From Nostoc punctiforme PCC 73102 (GTDB taxonomy: Bacteria > Cyanobacteriota > Cyanobacteriia > Cyanobacteriales > Nostocaceae): a stretch of DNA of 32,000 nt. The DNA lies in NCBI RefSeq assembly GCF_000020025.1, contig NC_010628.1:7530001-7562000 (forward strand). The letters run 5' to 3'. Of the stretch, positions 17,034-27,060 are shown piece after piece. Below the pieces are notes generated by a model, which was given only the letters and a program-made list of their open reading frames with translations, was not told the origin of the DNA and did no database searches. A program made the position numbers and the translations under genes. Each line of letters starts with the position of its first letter. The first letter of the stretch is position 1.

Positions 17034-19922
17034 ATGTCAGACAAACAGCTAGCAGCATCCTTGAATGGACATCTTCCGTACCCCAGCCACAACAGCCAGA
17101 ATACCATTCGGATTCGGGGTGCTAGGCAGCATAATCTGAAAAATATTGACTTGGAATTGCCACGCGATCGCCTAATCGTATTCACTGGCGTTTCTGGTTC
17201 TGGTAAGTCTTCCCTAGCATTTGATACCATTTTCGCTGAAGGGCAACGTCGCTATGTGGAATCCCTCAGCGCCTACGCACGGCAATTTTTAGGACAACTG
17301 GATAAGCCGGATGTAGAAGCCATTGAAGGCTTAAGTCCAGCAATTTCTATTGACCAAAAGTCAACGTCTCATAACCCCCGTTCCACTGTGGGTACGGTGA
17401 CGGAGATTTACGACTATTTGCGGCTGTTGTTTGGTCGCGCTGGCGAACCCCATTGTCCGATATGCGATCGCTGTATTGCACCCCAGACAATCGATGAGAT
17501 GTGCGATCGCATCATGGAATTACCAGATCGCACCCGCTTCCAAATTCTTGCACCCGTTGTCAGGGGGAAAAAAGGCACACACCGGAAGCTTTTGTCAAGT
17601 CTTGCTTCTCAAGGTTTTGTCCGCGTGCGGATCAATGGCGAGATCCGCGAACTGTCAGATTCCATTGAATTGGATAAAAACTTTACCCACACCATCGAAG
17701 TGGTAATTGACCGCTTGGTAAAAAAGGCTGATATTCAGGAGCGTTTGGTTGATTCCCTGTCTACGTGTCTCAAGCAATCCGGTGGGATTGCAGCCATTTT
17801 GGTAAGTTTGCTTGGTGACGACGGACAAGAAAAAGAAGAAGAGTTAGTATTTTCGGAAAACTTTGCCTGTCCAGAACATGGCGCAGTAATGGAGGAACTA
17901 TCACCGCGATTGTTCTCCTTTAACTCGCCTTATGGCGCTTGTCCGCACTGTCATGGAATCGGGACTTTAAGAAGATTTGCGCCAGACTTGATTGTACCTG
18001 ACTGGGAAGCGCCAGTTTATGCTGCGATCGCGCCTTGGTCAGAAAAAGATAATTCTTATTACTTGGAATTACTCTATAGCGTCGGACAGATTTATGGGTT
18101 TGAGTTACAGACAAATTGGAGCAAGCTGACAGAAGAACAGCAGCAAATTATTTTATTTGGAGAGAAAGATGAACGAGCCGCAGAGGCACAAAAAAAGCAG
18201 AGTTTTAAAGGTGCTATTCCAATTTTGCAACGGCAGTATGAGGGTGGTTCTGAATTAATTAAACAAAAATTAGAGCAGTATTTAATCGATCAACCGTGTG
18301 AAGTTTGTCAGGGAAAACGGTTAAAACCAGAAGCCTTGGCGGTGAAGTTGGGACAATATGGAATTTTAGAATTAACTACCGTATCAATTCGGGATTGTCG
18401 AGAGAGAATTGAGCAATTTAAGTTGAGCGATCGCCAATTACAAATTGCTGATTTAGTTCTGAGAGAAATCAAAGCTAGATTACAATTTTTGTTGGATGTC
18501 GGTTTAGATTATCTCACTCTTGACCGTCCCGCCATGACTCTTTCCGGTGGCGAAGCCCAACGAATTCGTCTAGCAACGCAAATTGGTTCTGGCTTAACAG
18601 GAGTTCTCTACGTTTTAGATGAACCGAGTATTGGTTTGCATCAACGAGATAATGGCAGATTGCTCAAAACCTTAACGAAATTGCGCGATTTGGGTAATAC
18701 ATTAATTGTCGTTGAACATGATGAAGAAACAATTCGCGCAGCTAACCATATAGTTGATATTGGGCCTGGTGCAGGAATTCACGGCGGAAATATTATCGCC
18801 CAAGGTGATTTTGAGACGTTATTAGCAGCAGAAGATTCCTTGACAGGTGCGTATTTATCAGGAAGACGGGTAATTACCACACCAGCAGAACGCCGAGAAG
18901 GAAATGGGCGTAGTTTGGGAATTAAAAATGCCCATCGCAATAATCTACAAAATATAGATGTAGACATTCCGCTAGGTAAACTCGTCTCCATTACTGGTGT
19001 GTCTGGTTCTGGCAAATCTACACTGATTAACGAATTACTATATCCATCTCTGCAACACCATTTAACTAAGAAAGTTCCCTTACCGAGACATTTGGATAAA
19101 ATCCAGGGATTAAACGCGATTGATAAAGCGATCGTTATCGATCAATCTCCCATTGGACGAACACCACGTTCCAACCCTGCAACTTACACAGGAATTTTCG
19201 ATGCCATTCGAGATGTATTTTCCCAAACAGTAGAAGCCAAAGCTAGGGGTTACAAACCCGGACAATTTTCCTTCAACGTTAAAGGTGGACGTTGCGAAGC
19301 TTGTAGCGGACAGGGTGTGAATGTGATTGAAATGAACTTTCTCCCGGATGTTTACGTGCAATGCGAAATTTGTAAAGGTGCTAGATACAACCGCGAGACT
19401 TTGCAGGTGAAGTACAAAGATAAGTCTATCTCTGATGTACTGAGAATGACAGTTGAAGAGAGTTTAGACTTTTTCCAGAATATACCCAAAGCGATCGCGC
19501 GTTTGCAAACTTTATTTGATGTCGGGTTGGGTTATGTCCAGCTAGGACAACCTGCAACTACCTTATCTGGTGGTGAAGCGCAACGGGTAAAATTAGCAAC
19601 CGAATTATCTCGACGCGCCACAGGGAAGACACTGTATTTAATAGATGAACCGACCACAGGGTTATCTTTTTACGATGTCCACAAATTGTTAGATGTATTG
19701 CAAAGATTGGTAGATAAAGGTAATTCCATATTAGTAATTGAACATAACTTAGATGTAATTCGCTGTTCTGATTGGGTGATAGATTTGGGGCCAGAAGGTG
19801 GCGACAAAGGTGGAGAATTAATTGCTGTGGGGACACCAGAGGAAGTTGCAAAAAATCCTAGGTCTTATACTGGGCAATATTTAAAGCAGGTGTTGAAACA
19901 GTATCCAGCTAGGAAATCTTAG
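17034..19922 (+). CDS. uvrA: Excinuclease ABC subunit A
   Basis: The 962 aa protein has two ABC modules (GVSGSGKSSLAFDT / GVSGSGKSTLINE Walker A; LSGGEAQR twice) and Zn-finger CxxC pairs. It is collinear with UvrA throughout. Confidence 0.97.
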   Translation: MSDKQLAASLNGHLPYPSHNSQNTIRIRGARQHNLKNIDLELPRDRLIVFTGVSGSGKSSLAFDTIFAEGQRRYVESLSAYARQFLGQLDKPDVEAIEGLSPAISIDQKSTSHNPRSTVGTVTEIYDYLRLLFGRAGEPHCPICDRCIAPQTIDEMCDRIMELPDRTRFQILAPVVRGKKGTHRKLLSSLASQGFVRVRINGEIRELSDSIELDKNFTHTIEVVIDRLVKKADIQERLVDSLSTCLKQSGGIAAILVSLLGDDGQEKEEELVFSENFACPEHGAVMEELSPRLFSFNSPYGACPHCHGIGTLRRFAPDLIVPDWEAPVYAAIAPWSEKDNSYYLELLYSVGQIYGFELQTNWSKLTEEQQQIILFGEKDERAAEAQKKQSFKGAIPILQRQYEGGSELIKQKLEQYLIDQPCEVCQGKRLKPEALAVKLGQYGILELTTVSIRDCRERIEQFKLSDRQLQIADLVLREIKARLQFLLDVGLDYLTLDRPAMTLSGGEAQRIRLATQIGSGLTGVLYVLDEPSIGLHQRDNGRLLKTLTKLRDLGNTLIVVEHDEETIRAANHIVDIGPGAGIHGGNIIAQGDFETLLAAEDSLTGAYLSGRRVITTPAERREGNGRSLGIKNAHRNNLQNIDVDIPLGKLVSITGVSGSGKSTLINELLYPSLQHHLTKKVPLPRHLDKIQGLNAIDKAIVIDQSPIGRTPRSNPATYTGIFDAIRDVFSQTVEAKARGYKPGQFSFNVKGGRCEACSGQGVNVIEMNFLPDVYVQCEICKGARYNRETLQVKYKDKSISDVLRMTVEESLDFFQNIPKAIARLQTLFDVGLGYVQLGQPATTLSGGEAQRVKLATELSRRATGKTLYLIDEPTTGLSFYDVHKLLDVLQRLVDKGNSILVIEHNLDVIRCSDWVIDLGPEGGDKGGELIAVGTPEEVAKNPRSYTGQYLKQVLKQYPARKS

Positions 19923-19984
19923 TCTTTTCCAAGTAGAGGTTCATATCCAGGCAAAAAAGCAAAGAAGGTTGTAGCAAACCTATC

Positions 19985-20317
19985 ATGAAACTTCCTAACC
20001 CTGAATGCGCGATCGTTGAAATAGATAAAATCGCGGGTTACTGTCTCAACCCAGAACATCCAGAGGGAAAACACAAAGCTCGTGTATTTAAATCTGCACT
20101 AGACTTAGATTTAGATGATGCAGAAGAATTGCAAGCGATCCTTTTACAAGCAGTAGTAAATTATGATGCTATCCCTGGAAAAAGAAATCCATACGGTCAA
20201 AAATATATCATTGATTTTCCCCTAAATCGTTCAGATAAACAAGCAATTATTCAAAGCGTTTGGATAGTGCTTAATAATGAAGGCTTTCCACGCCTAGTCA
20301 CCTGTTATGTAATCTAA
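19985..20317 (+). CDS. DUF6883-like small protein (first gene of a two-gene cassette)
   Basis: The 110 aa protein has the KIAGYCLNPEHPEGKHKARVFKSALDLD motif that I associate with DUF6883. It lies 17 nt upstream of the next ORF. Confidence 0.65.
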   Translation: MKLPNPECAIVEIDKIAGYCLNPEHPEGKHKARVFKSALDLDLDDAEELQAILLQAVVNYDAIPGKRNPYGQKYIIDFPLNRSDKQAIIQSVWIVLNNEGFPRLVTCYVI

Positions 20318-20334
20318 ACAATGAGGTAATACCA

Positions 20335-20553
20335 ATGAAATTATTAGATGTAGTTGCTCTAACCGAAGACTTACCAGAATCGGGATTGCATCGCGGTCAA
20401 GTAGGAACGATTGTAGAAGCTTATGAACCTGGAGTTTTTGAAGTAGAATTCAGCGACTTAACAGGAAAAGCTTATGCCATAGAAACTTTAAATGCTAGCC
20501 AGCTAATGACTTTATATCATCAACCAATTGGTGAGAAAACATTATTGGTTTAA
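20335..20553 (+). CDS. DUF4926-like small protein (second gene of the cassette)
   Basis: The 72 aa protein has LHRGQVGTIVEAYEPGVFEVEFSDLTGKAYAIETL, an SH3-like small beta protein pattern typical of DUF4926. Confidence 0.65.
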   Translation: MKLLDVVALTEDLPESGLHRGQVGTIVEAYEPGVFEVEFSDLTGKAYAIETLNASQLMTLYHQPIGEKTLLV

Positions 20554-20852
20554 CTTCCCTCCCTACAATACTTTTGAGATCGGCTCAACACCCACAACAC
20601 ATCCATTTATAAGGGAGCGCAACAGCTTAACTTTTAAGTTAGTATTTTTCACATAACAAAAACCCTCAGAGTGCTTAGTCTTTTAGGGTTTTGTCGAGAT
20701 TTGGTGGTATTGGGAAAAGTTAAAGAAGGCTATCGCGCACTAAATAAAAACAACACCCGAATAGCGTCCCACAATCACTATTTAAACTTCATTCTTGATT
20801 TTGAGGAGTTAAGGGGAGTATAAAGGTTACTATCCCATTTTTTTACCAATAA

Positions 20853-21011
20853 TTATAACAAAGCATCTTCTTCAGGAGTCAGATGTGAACGGGAAAGCAG
20901 TTCTTCAACAGTTTCTAAAAACTTCTCGTTTTCCTCTTCTGTTTTAATAATCCAAGGTTGATGTTGAGATAGCAATTGGCTGTAAATGTCTGAGTTAAAA
21001 GTTAGGGTCAT
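20853..21011 (-). CDS. 52 aa ORF resembling the N-terminal part of HigA/XRE-type antitoxins (truncated?)
   Basis: My translation is MTLTFNSDIYSQLLSQHQPWIIKTEEENEKFLETVEELLSRSHLTPEEDALL*. It is below the ORF-track size cutoff. Homologues I recall continue into an HTH domain, which is absent here. Confidence 0.3.
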   Translation of the reverse strand: MTLTFNSDIYSQLLSQHQPWIIKTEEENEKFLETVEELLSRSHLTPEEDALL

Positions 21012-21022
21012 TTTTACAATAG

Positions 21023-21460
21023 CTAATTAGCCATCTCTCCCCTTTGCCAAAACTGTTTTAAAATCTCGCCAGGTTTACGATCCCAAGTGTCAATATGCTC
21101 GTATATCAAATTATCTTGATTTAGTTTATACGTTGAATAGCCATTAAAAAGCAACCCTGCTTTCCAGGGAACGCGCAACACTCCCCGCACCGTCCACTTT
21201 GCTAAAATAGTCTCTTCGGCTGACTGAGATACTTCATGTACATCAAAGTAAATTTGGGTAAAAAATAGCCGAGCATGAAATCGCAATGTCCAAAATATAA
21301 TCCGATAGTTAAATTTGTATTTGAATGTATTCACCGGATCTTTAAAGTAGATATCGTCTGTATAAATGTCATAAGAAATATCTTTTTCAAAAAGTGTTGG
21401 TAAATCCTCTTTTAAAGTTTTAATTACCTGTTTCACCGATAATTGAGATTCCACACGCAT
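21023..21460 (-). CDS. DUF2358 (NTF2/SnoaL-like) protein
   Basis: The 145 aa protein has YTDDIYFKDPVNTFKYKFNYRIIFWTLRFHARLFF, characteristic of DUF2358. Confidence 0.7.
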   Translation of the reverse strand: MRVESQLSVKQVIKTLKEDLPTLFEKDISYDIYTDDIYFKDPVNTFKYKFNYRIIFWTLRFHARLFFTQIYFDVHEVSQSAEETILAKWTVRGVLRVPWKAGLLFNGYSTYKLNQDNLIYEHIDTWDRKPGEILKQFWQRGEMAN

Positions 21461-21466
21461 TTTTCC

Positions 21467-22612
21467 TTAAAAAATCTTTTTTAACAACCTTTGCCAAGTA
21501 GAAGATGTCTTCTTGTTACTCACACCACTCACACTCAAATCTGACAGAGTGGGAAATGATGCAGACTTAGCATAGGGGCCATTTCGTAAAACTTTAGCTA
21601 GGGTATTGTTATTTTCGCGCAAACCTTCGTAAAAAAAGAATACTTCTCCTTGAATACCAAGTTGGCGATTGTATTCAATTGCCTGCACCAGATATTCTGG
21701 ACTAATACAATAACTACCAAGCTTCATAAGTATTCCCGGTGCTAACCGGGGCAACGTCGCATCTGTAAACTGCTGGCTTACTAGTTTATCAGCGATCGCA
21801 CAATAACTCCCAAAGTCACGGCGATAAATCTGCGGCTGAATCATATCAACTATTCCCCGCTTCAGCCATGTGGGGGAGTCTTGCAGATATTCCTGGAATG
21901 CCCAATCATGGATATTAGGTGCGATCGCTACTAGCAAATTAGGATTAACTGCTTTTACCTCCCCGTAGAGACGCGCTAAAAAATCAGTGAGAATATCTGC
22001 ACGCCACTGTAACCATTGCCTATCCTTGGGGTTCTGTGGCGGATTGCGATCGTATTCCTGGCGATAGCGGCTGACAGTTCCCTCATCATAGCCACCTTCA
22101 CAGGGGAATGCTGGCAAGCGATCGTCTCCTTGAACACCATCCACATCATAATTCTTTACAACTTCCAGCACCAAGTTCAAGAAGAATTCCTGCACCTGTG
22201 AGTCGAGGGCATTCAACCACTCAAAGCCATTTTTATTTAGTAAGTTGCCGTTAAAATCACGCGCAGCCCATTCCGGTTTTTTCTGTAAAAGTACACCACC
22301 ATTCAAATTGTAGGAACTGGCAAAACCATATTCAAACCAAGGAATAACTTTTAACCCAACTCGCCGCGCCTCAACTACCACCTCTTCTAAAGGGTCACGG
22401 CCTACAGACATAGGGTCAATTTCGACTCCAAATGTCTCCTGCATTGTTTGACTGGGATACAGAGTTACCGCCTTATTCCAAACAACGGGAAACACCACAT
22501 TAAATCCTGTCTCGGCAAGCAAATCCATCGCCTCAGCAATGCGTTGCTTTGACCTGAGAACCTTACTATCAGTAGTGGTCAGCCAGATACCACGGGTTTC
22601 TATTATTGCCAT
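21467..22612 (-). CDS. Glycoside hydrolase-like GHL10 (DUF187/YngK-type) protein
   Basis: The 381 aa protein has a TIM-barrel-like pattern (RGIWLTT..., FNVVFPVVWN, IPWFEYGF, DGVQGDDRLP). Confidence 0.75.
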   Translation of the reverse strand: MAIIETRGIWLTTTDSKVLRSKQRIAEAMDLLAETGFNVVFPVVWNKAVTLYPSQTMQETFGVEIDPMSVGRDPLEEVVVEARRVGLKVIPWFEYGFASSYNLNGGVLLQKKPEWAARDFNGNLLNKNGFEWLNALDSQVQEFFLNLVLEVVKNYDVDGVQGDDRLPAFPCEGGYDEGTVSRYRQEYDRNPPQNPKDRQWLQWRADILTDFLARLYGEVKAVNPNLLVAIAPNIHDWAFQEYLQDSPTWLKRGIVDMIQPQIYRRDFGSYCAIADKLVSQQFTDATLPRLAPGILMKLGSYCISPEYLVQAIEYNRQLGIQGEVFFFYEGLRENNNTLAKVLRNGPYAKSASFPTLSDLSVSGVSNKKTSSTWQRLLKKIF

Positions 22613-22645
22613 TTCTATAAATTGAAATTCTCAGCACCGCACCAT

Positions 22646-23464
22646 CTAAACATTGACTAGCCGACGATACCGTGCCTGTATTATTGTGTAAATTCCATAG
22701 GCAACCAAACCTAGTGCCACAATACCCAAAAGCCATGCTCCATAGGGCTGTTGCGCTAAAGTCTGTAATACTTCATCCAAACCTTCTGCGGTCGCGGCGT
22801 TTGATTGCCTTGCAGCTTCAATTAAAAACCAACCGATAATACAAAATACTATACCCCGTGCCGCTAAACCAAATCTGGAAATCCTCATTATCCATTGGGC
22901 TTGTATGTTGCTTAACTCAGTTAAATTGAGTTCTTTACGAAATTTGCCACTACAAGCTTGATAAAACTGATAGAAACCTAGAGCAATTACAAACACCCCC
23001 ACAGTTGCAACTAACCATTCACCAAAGGGTTGAGAAAGCAAACGTGCTGTCGAATCTTCAGTAGAATCACTACTATTTTTACCACCGCCTGTACCCGTAA
23101 CGATTTTCACAGCACTTAAGGCTAAACTTGCATAAATCAAGCCATTAACTGCGTAACCAATTTGCACTGCCAAACCTTTGGCATCATTACCTTTATTTTC
23201 TGGGTCTTTAATTGCCTGTATAAAACGCCAGATTACATATCCGATCAAGCCAATTGCAACTAAAGCCAGCAAAAATTTACCAAATGGCTGGTTGACGATT
23301 GTTTGGAGAGCGCCTTGGGTATCAGTTGTTTTACCACCCCTGCCAAAAGCTGTCTGTGCTGCCAGTAGTCCAACTATACCGTAAACTACTCCCTTGGAAA
23401 CATAGCCAAATCGTCCCAGTCGCTCAACCCACAATGAAGCATGGTTTGTCAACTGTTGTGTCAT
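22646..23464 (-). CDS. DUF1206 membrane protein
   Basis: The 272 aa protein has three repeats of a two-helix unit (RxGYxxKGVVYxxxGxLA...), as in DUF1206. Confidence 0.8.
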   Translation of the reverse strand: MTQQLTNHASLWVERLGRFGYVSKGVVYGIVGLLAAQTAFGRGGKTTDTQGALQTIVNQPFGKFLLALVAIGLIGYVIWRFIQAIKDPENKGNDAKGLAVQIGYAVNGLIYASLALSAVKIVTGTGGGKNSSDSTEDSTARLLSQPFGEWLVATVGVFVIALGFYQFYQACSGKFRKELNLTELSNIQAQWIMRISRFGLAARGIVFCIIGWFLIEAARQSNAATAEGLDEVLQTLAQQPYGAWLLGIVALGLVAYGIYTIIQARYRRLVNV

Positions 23465-23672
23465 GGTATTTGGGAAGAATTATTATATCTATCCTTTACC
23501 AAAATTTACCCAACATTCGCATCTATCCCAGGGCAAATTGTCTAATATTTTTGCAAAAAATTATTATTGTAATACTATCTTTTAATAGATGTGAGACTTC
23601 TCAAAAGAATATTACATTTATTAAGTACAGTATTATTATTTAGTACTTTTTAATCCTGAATTTTGATTAATT

Positions 23673-24542
23673 ATGTCTCTAATAGAAACTTCTTGGAAAC
23701 ATGAATATATAACTACCAATGGGGTAAAACTACACTACGTTACTCAAGGGGAAGGGCCATTAATGTTGATGTTGCATGGGTTTCCTGAATTTTGGTACTC
23801 TTGGCGACATCAAATACCAGAATTTGCCCAAAATTTTAAAGTCGTCGCCCTTGACTTGCGTGGTTACAACGATAGTGATAAACCAAATGAGCAATCAGCT
23901 TATGTCATGGATGAGTTTATCAAAGATGTTGAGGGAGTAATTAAAGGATTAGGATACCAAAAGTGTGTTTTAGTTGGACATGATTGGGGAGGTGCGATCG
24001 CTTGGAATTTTGCATACAGTCACCCTGAAATGTTAGAACAATTAATTATTCTTAACCTGCCTCATCCTGCCAAATTTGCCCAAGGGTTACGCACTCCCCA
24101 ACAGTTGCTACGCAGCAACTATATATTCCTCTTTCAACTACCGTGGGTACCAGAATTAATTTTACAATCTTCCGACTACCAAGCTATTGAAACAGCTTTT
24201 AAAGGTACAGCAGTTAACAAGAGTGCTTTCACACAAGCCGATATTGATGCATATAAAAATGCTGCTGCAAAACGCGGTGCCCTCACAGCAATGTTGAACT
24301 ATTACCGCAATATTTTTCAGCAGAGAATGCTAAATCCAAACTGGGGCGTTCTGGAAGTACCAACACTGATGATTTGGGGAGAAAATGACACCGCACTCGG
24401 CAAGGAACTAACCTATGACACCGCAGCTTATGTCCGAAACTTTCAAATCAAGTATATTCCTGATTGTGGTCATTGGGTGCAGCAAGAACAGCCGGAATTG
24501 GTTAATCAGTATATGCGAGAATTTCTAATAGACTTAACCTAA
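23673..24542 (+). CDS. Alpha/beta hydrolase, epoxide-hydrolase/haloalkane-dehalogenase-like
   Basis: It has the HGFPEFWYSWRHQ oxyanion motif, GHDWGGAIAW (Asp nucleophile) and the C-terminal GHWVQQE. Confidence 0.9.
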   Translation: MSLIETSWKHEYITTNGVKLHYVTQGEGPLMLMLHGFPEFWYSWRHQIPEFAQNFKVVALDLRGYNDSDKPNEQSAYVMDEFIKDVEGVIKGLGYQKCVLVGHDWGGAIAWNFAYSHPEMLEQLIILNLPHPAKFAQGLRTPQQLLRSNYIFLFQLPWVPELILQSSDYQAIETAFKGTAVNKSAFTQADIDAYKNAAAKRGALTAMLNYYRNIFQQRMLNPNWGVLEVPTLMIWGENDTALGKELTYDTAAYVRNFQIKYIPDCGHWVQQEQPELVNQYMREFLIDLT

Positions 24543-24848
24543 TTTGTGAATTTGCGAGCAAATCAATTAATAAAGTATAAATACTTATCAAAAGGCCAAA
24601 TTATGGCAAGTAGTGCAAGCCTTTAAAAAGATTTAACAGAGATTTAACACTGGCAGCTTTTTAGGGTTTATCGGGTAAAAATCGACCAGAAACAGGATAT
24701 ATGGAATTTTTTATCTCGATATTATAGCAAGTTCATATCATAACCAACTTGTTAACGCATAGGATACATTGACCTCACGAAGTTTAGTGAGATAATAGAG
24801 TTGTGAGGGACAGAACGGACGCAACTTGATTATTAAGGGGGAAAATAT

Positions 24849-25304
24849 ATGAAACTTCAGCTATTAGCGGCCATGGCCTTAGCAACTCCCCTATTTTTCG
24901 CTAGCTCGGTGAGAGCCGAAAATCCGCAGGATTTACAAAAGCTGCTTTCAACTGGGGAATGTATCCAGTGTAATTTGTCGGGGGCTAACCTCAGTGGCGC
25001 TCATTTAATTGGTGCTGACTTGAGAGGCTCGAAGCTTGAAGGAGCAAACCTTGTAGGAGCTAACCTCGAAGGTGCTGACTTAACAGGTGCTAACTTGGCA
25101 GGTGCTAACCTAACATCAGCTTATGTAAGCAATGTTAATTTGAAGCAAACCAATCTTAACAGAGTAAATTTTACCGGCGCGACAATTCACGATTCTAATG
25201 TCTATAAAGCATCAATGAACGATCTAAATCTCACTGATGCCGAAATATTTAACACTGGAATTGGGATTGGTGGAGAAGATGCCGAAATTCCCGATTGGAA
25301 ATAG
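24849..25304 (+). CDS. Secreted pentapeptide-repeat protein
   Basis: A signal peptide is followed by CNLSGANLSGAHLIGADLRGSKLEGANLVGANLEGADLTGANLAGANL. Confidence 0.9.
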   Translation: MKLQLLAAMALATPLFFASSVRAENPQDLQKLLSTGECIQCNLSGANLSGAHLIGADLRGSKLEGANLVGANLEGADLTGANLAGANLTSAYVSNVNLKQTNLNRVNFTGATIHDSNVYKASMNDLNLTDAEIFNTGIGIGGEDAEIPDWK

Positions 25305-25403
25305 GCTGAACTGAGTAGGCAGGTGAAAATAAACACAACATCAGAGAAACTGGTTTTTTGCCAGCATTATCTTTAAAATCTGCCTATACAAAAATAAACA
25401 ATG

Positions 25404-25457
25404 AAACCCCTCTTGCTTGTAATCACTTTACTATGACGCAAGCTGAGGGGGTTTTTT
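25404..25457 (+). terminator. Rho-independent terminator candidate
   Basis: AAACCCCTCTTGCTTG...CAAGCTGAGGGGGTTT forms a stem and is followed by a T6 run. Confidence 0.55.
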
Positions 25458-25628
25458 ATTGGGATTGAGCCGATTTGTCTTGGTGCTATTTTGAAAGCAC
25501 ATAATCAATGATGCTACTTACTACAGGGAAAACTCACTATCAAATTCGGAAAGTGAGGATGAAAACGATTATCACACCGTAGCAATCTCAAACCCTTCCC
25601 ACTTCTTTACTCAGAACTGTTTCGCTGA

Positions 25629-26345
25629 CTATAGCCCTGCAAACCACTCATAGCCCTGATCTTCCCAATAGCCTTTAAGAGGTAACAAACTGCTGACAAA
25701 TGTAATTTGAGTCACCCACTTACTTTGCTTGTAGCCCAGTTTAATTGGGGATGCTAGACGTATGGGCGCACCATTATTAACTGATAATGGTTGTCCATTC
25801 TTTTGATAAGCCATCAGGGTTTGGGGATGTACAGCAGAGGCAAGATCCCAGCTTTCATAATAGCCATCAGCAGATTTAAAGTAGACATAACGAACGTTTG
25901 ACTTCGGCTGTACCAGCGCTACTAAGTCTCGCAATCGCACACCTCCCCATTGAACGATCGCAGCCCAACCTTCAACACAGACATGGCGGATTACCATTGA
26001 AGTCAAGGGAAGTTTTTCAATATCCCCCATACTCAATTGCATCGGGTTACTAACCTCGCCATCAATCTTCAGGCGAAACTGCGCCGGATCAATTTGCGGT
26101 GTGAAATCAAAGGAATTGATGAGCAATTTGTCTGCTTCTATGGCACTAACAGGAAATTCTGGAACTGATTTCTGACTTAACAGGAGTGCTTCTAGACGTT
26201 GGTTTAGTGGTTCAGATATTTGCCGCAGATTATCTGAGAACAAATTTGTCCCACAGCCACCTAAAAGAAAGCCTACCCCTGAAAGTCCAGATAGTTGCAG
26301 TAATTGGCGACGGGATAAGGTGCGTTTGGGAAGAATCAGACTCAT
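25629..26345 (-). CDS. Molybdopterin-dependent oxidoreductase, MsrP/YedY-like (sulfite-oxidase fold), Tat-exported
   Basis: It has a twin-arginine signal (LSRRQLLQLSGLSGVGFLLGGC) and the Mo-ligand cysteine context RHVCVEGWAAIVQWGGV. At 238 aa it has the catalytic domain only. Confidence 0.8.
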   Translation of the reverse strand: MSLILPKRTLSRRQLLQLSGLSGVGFLLGGCGTNLFSDNLRQISEPLNQRLEALLLSQKSVPEFPVSAIEADKLLINSFDFTPQIDPAQFRLKIDGEVSNPMQLSMGDIEKLPLTSMVIRHVCVEGWAAIVQWGGVRLRDLVALVQPKSNVRYVYFKSADGYYESWDLASAVHPQTLMAYQKNGQPLSVNNGAPIRLASPIKLGYKQSKWVTQITFVSSLLPLKGYWEDQGYEWFAGL

Positions 26346-26352
26346 AAGACCT

Positions 26353-26949
26353 CTACAGGAACATAGACTTAACTAGACGGATACTTCCTACCTTCAGGGC
26401 AAGTAAGGAATGAGCAATTGTAAACAGTATGACTGTGGGAACAGTGATAAAGTGAACAGTGCGTAGAGTTTGCCAACTACCAAACAGCCCTGAAAGCCAA
26501 TGCAGTTGGGCAGGTTTGTACATCGCCAGACCACTCAAGATTGCCAGCAGTAGCACTGGAATGATAGCAGTATAAACTAGCCGATGCCATGCGTAGTTCT
26601 TACGCTTTGGGTTCTGGCTGACTTGCAATGCTTTTAAGTCACCGCCATCGGCAAAGCGACGCTGCCAACGCCGAGTTACAAAGATATAAAGCCCATACCA
26701 AAGTAAATTTAGTGAAAACAGCCACATAGCAGCAAAATGCCAGTGTCTGCCACCGCCTAGCCAACCTCCCAGCAAGATAAAGTCAGGAAAATGCCAACCT
26801 TCACGCCCGCCAAATACTGGATTAGCATTATATATTTGCAATCCGCTAGTAATCATCAACATGAGACTGATGATATTAATCCAGTGAAAGGTCTTTGATA
26901 GAAAAGTCTGACTTGGTGTTGAGCGGACTTTGCGTTTAGATGAGATCAT
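26353..26949 (-). CDS. Membrane b-type cytochrome (cytochrome b561 / Ni-hydrogenase CytB-like)
   Basis: The 198 aa protein has four TM helices with conserved His residues (HWINI..., HWHFAAMW, HRLVY, HFITV...AH). It lies 7 nt upstream of the Mo-oxidoreductase gene. Confidence 0.75.
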   Translation of the reverse strand: MISSKRKVRSTPSQTFLSKTFHWINIISLMLMITSGLQIYNANPVFGGREGWHFPDFILLGGWLGGGRHWHFAAMWLFSLNLLWYGLYIFVTRRWQRRFADGGDLKALQVSQNPKRKNYAWHRLVYTAIIPVLLLAILSGLAMYKPAQLHWLSGLFGSWQTLRTVHFITVPTVILFTIAHSLLALKVGSIRLVKSMFL

Positions 26950-27060
26950 ACCAATTTTGGATTTTGAATTTTGGATCTTAGATTTTTAGATTGTTCCCAG
27001 TCAGACTTTTGGATTGGGTCTTCTAATCCAAAATCTAAAATTGGCACGCTTATGGCTGTC

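Noticed and set aside
16940-17230. 96 aa ORF antisense to the uvrA 5' end
   Set aside because: It overlaps the strongly supported uvrA CDS and its LexA box/promoter. This is the typical antisense shadow of a conserved gene.
20657-20692. Hairpin AAAACCCT-N19-AGGGTTTT as a bidirectional terminator
   Set aside because: The stem is only 8 bp and mostly A/T with a large loop, which is too weak to call without 3'-end data.
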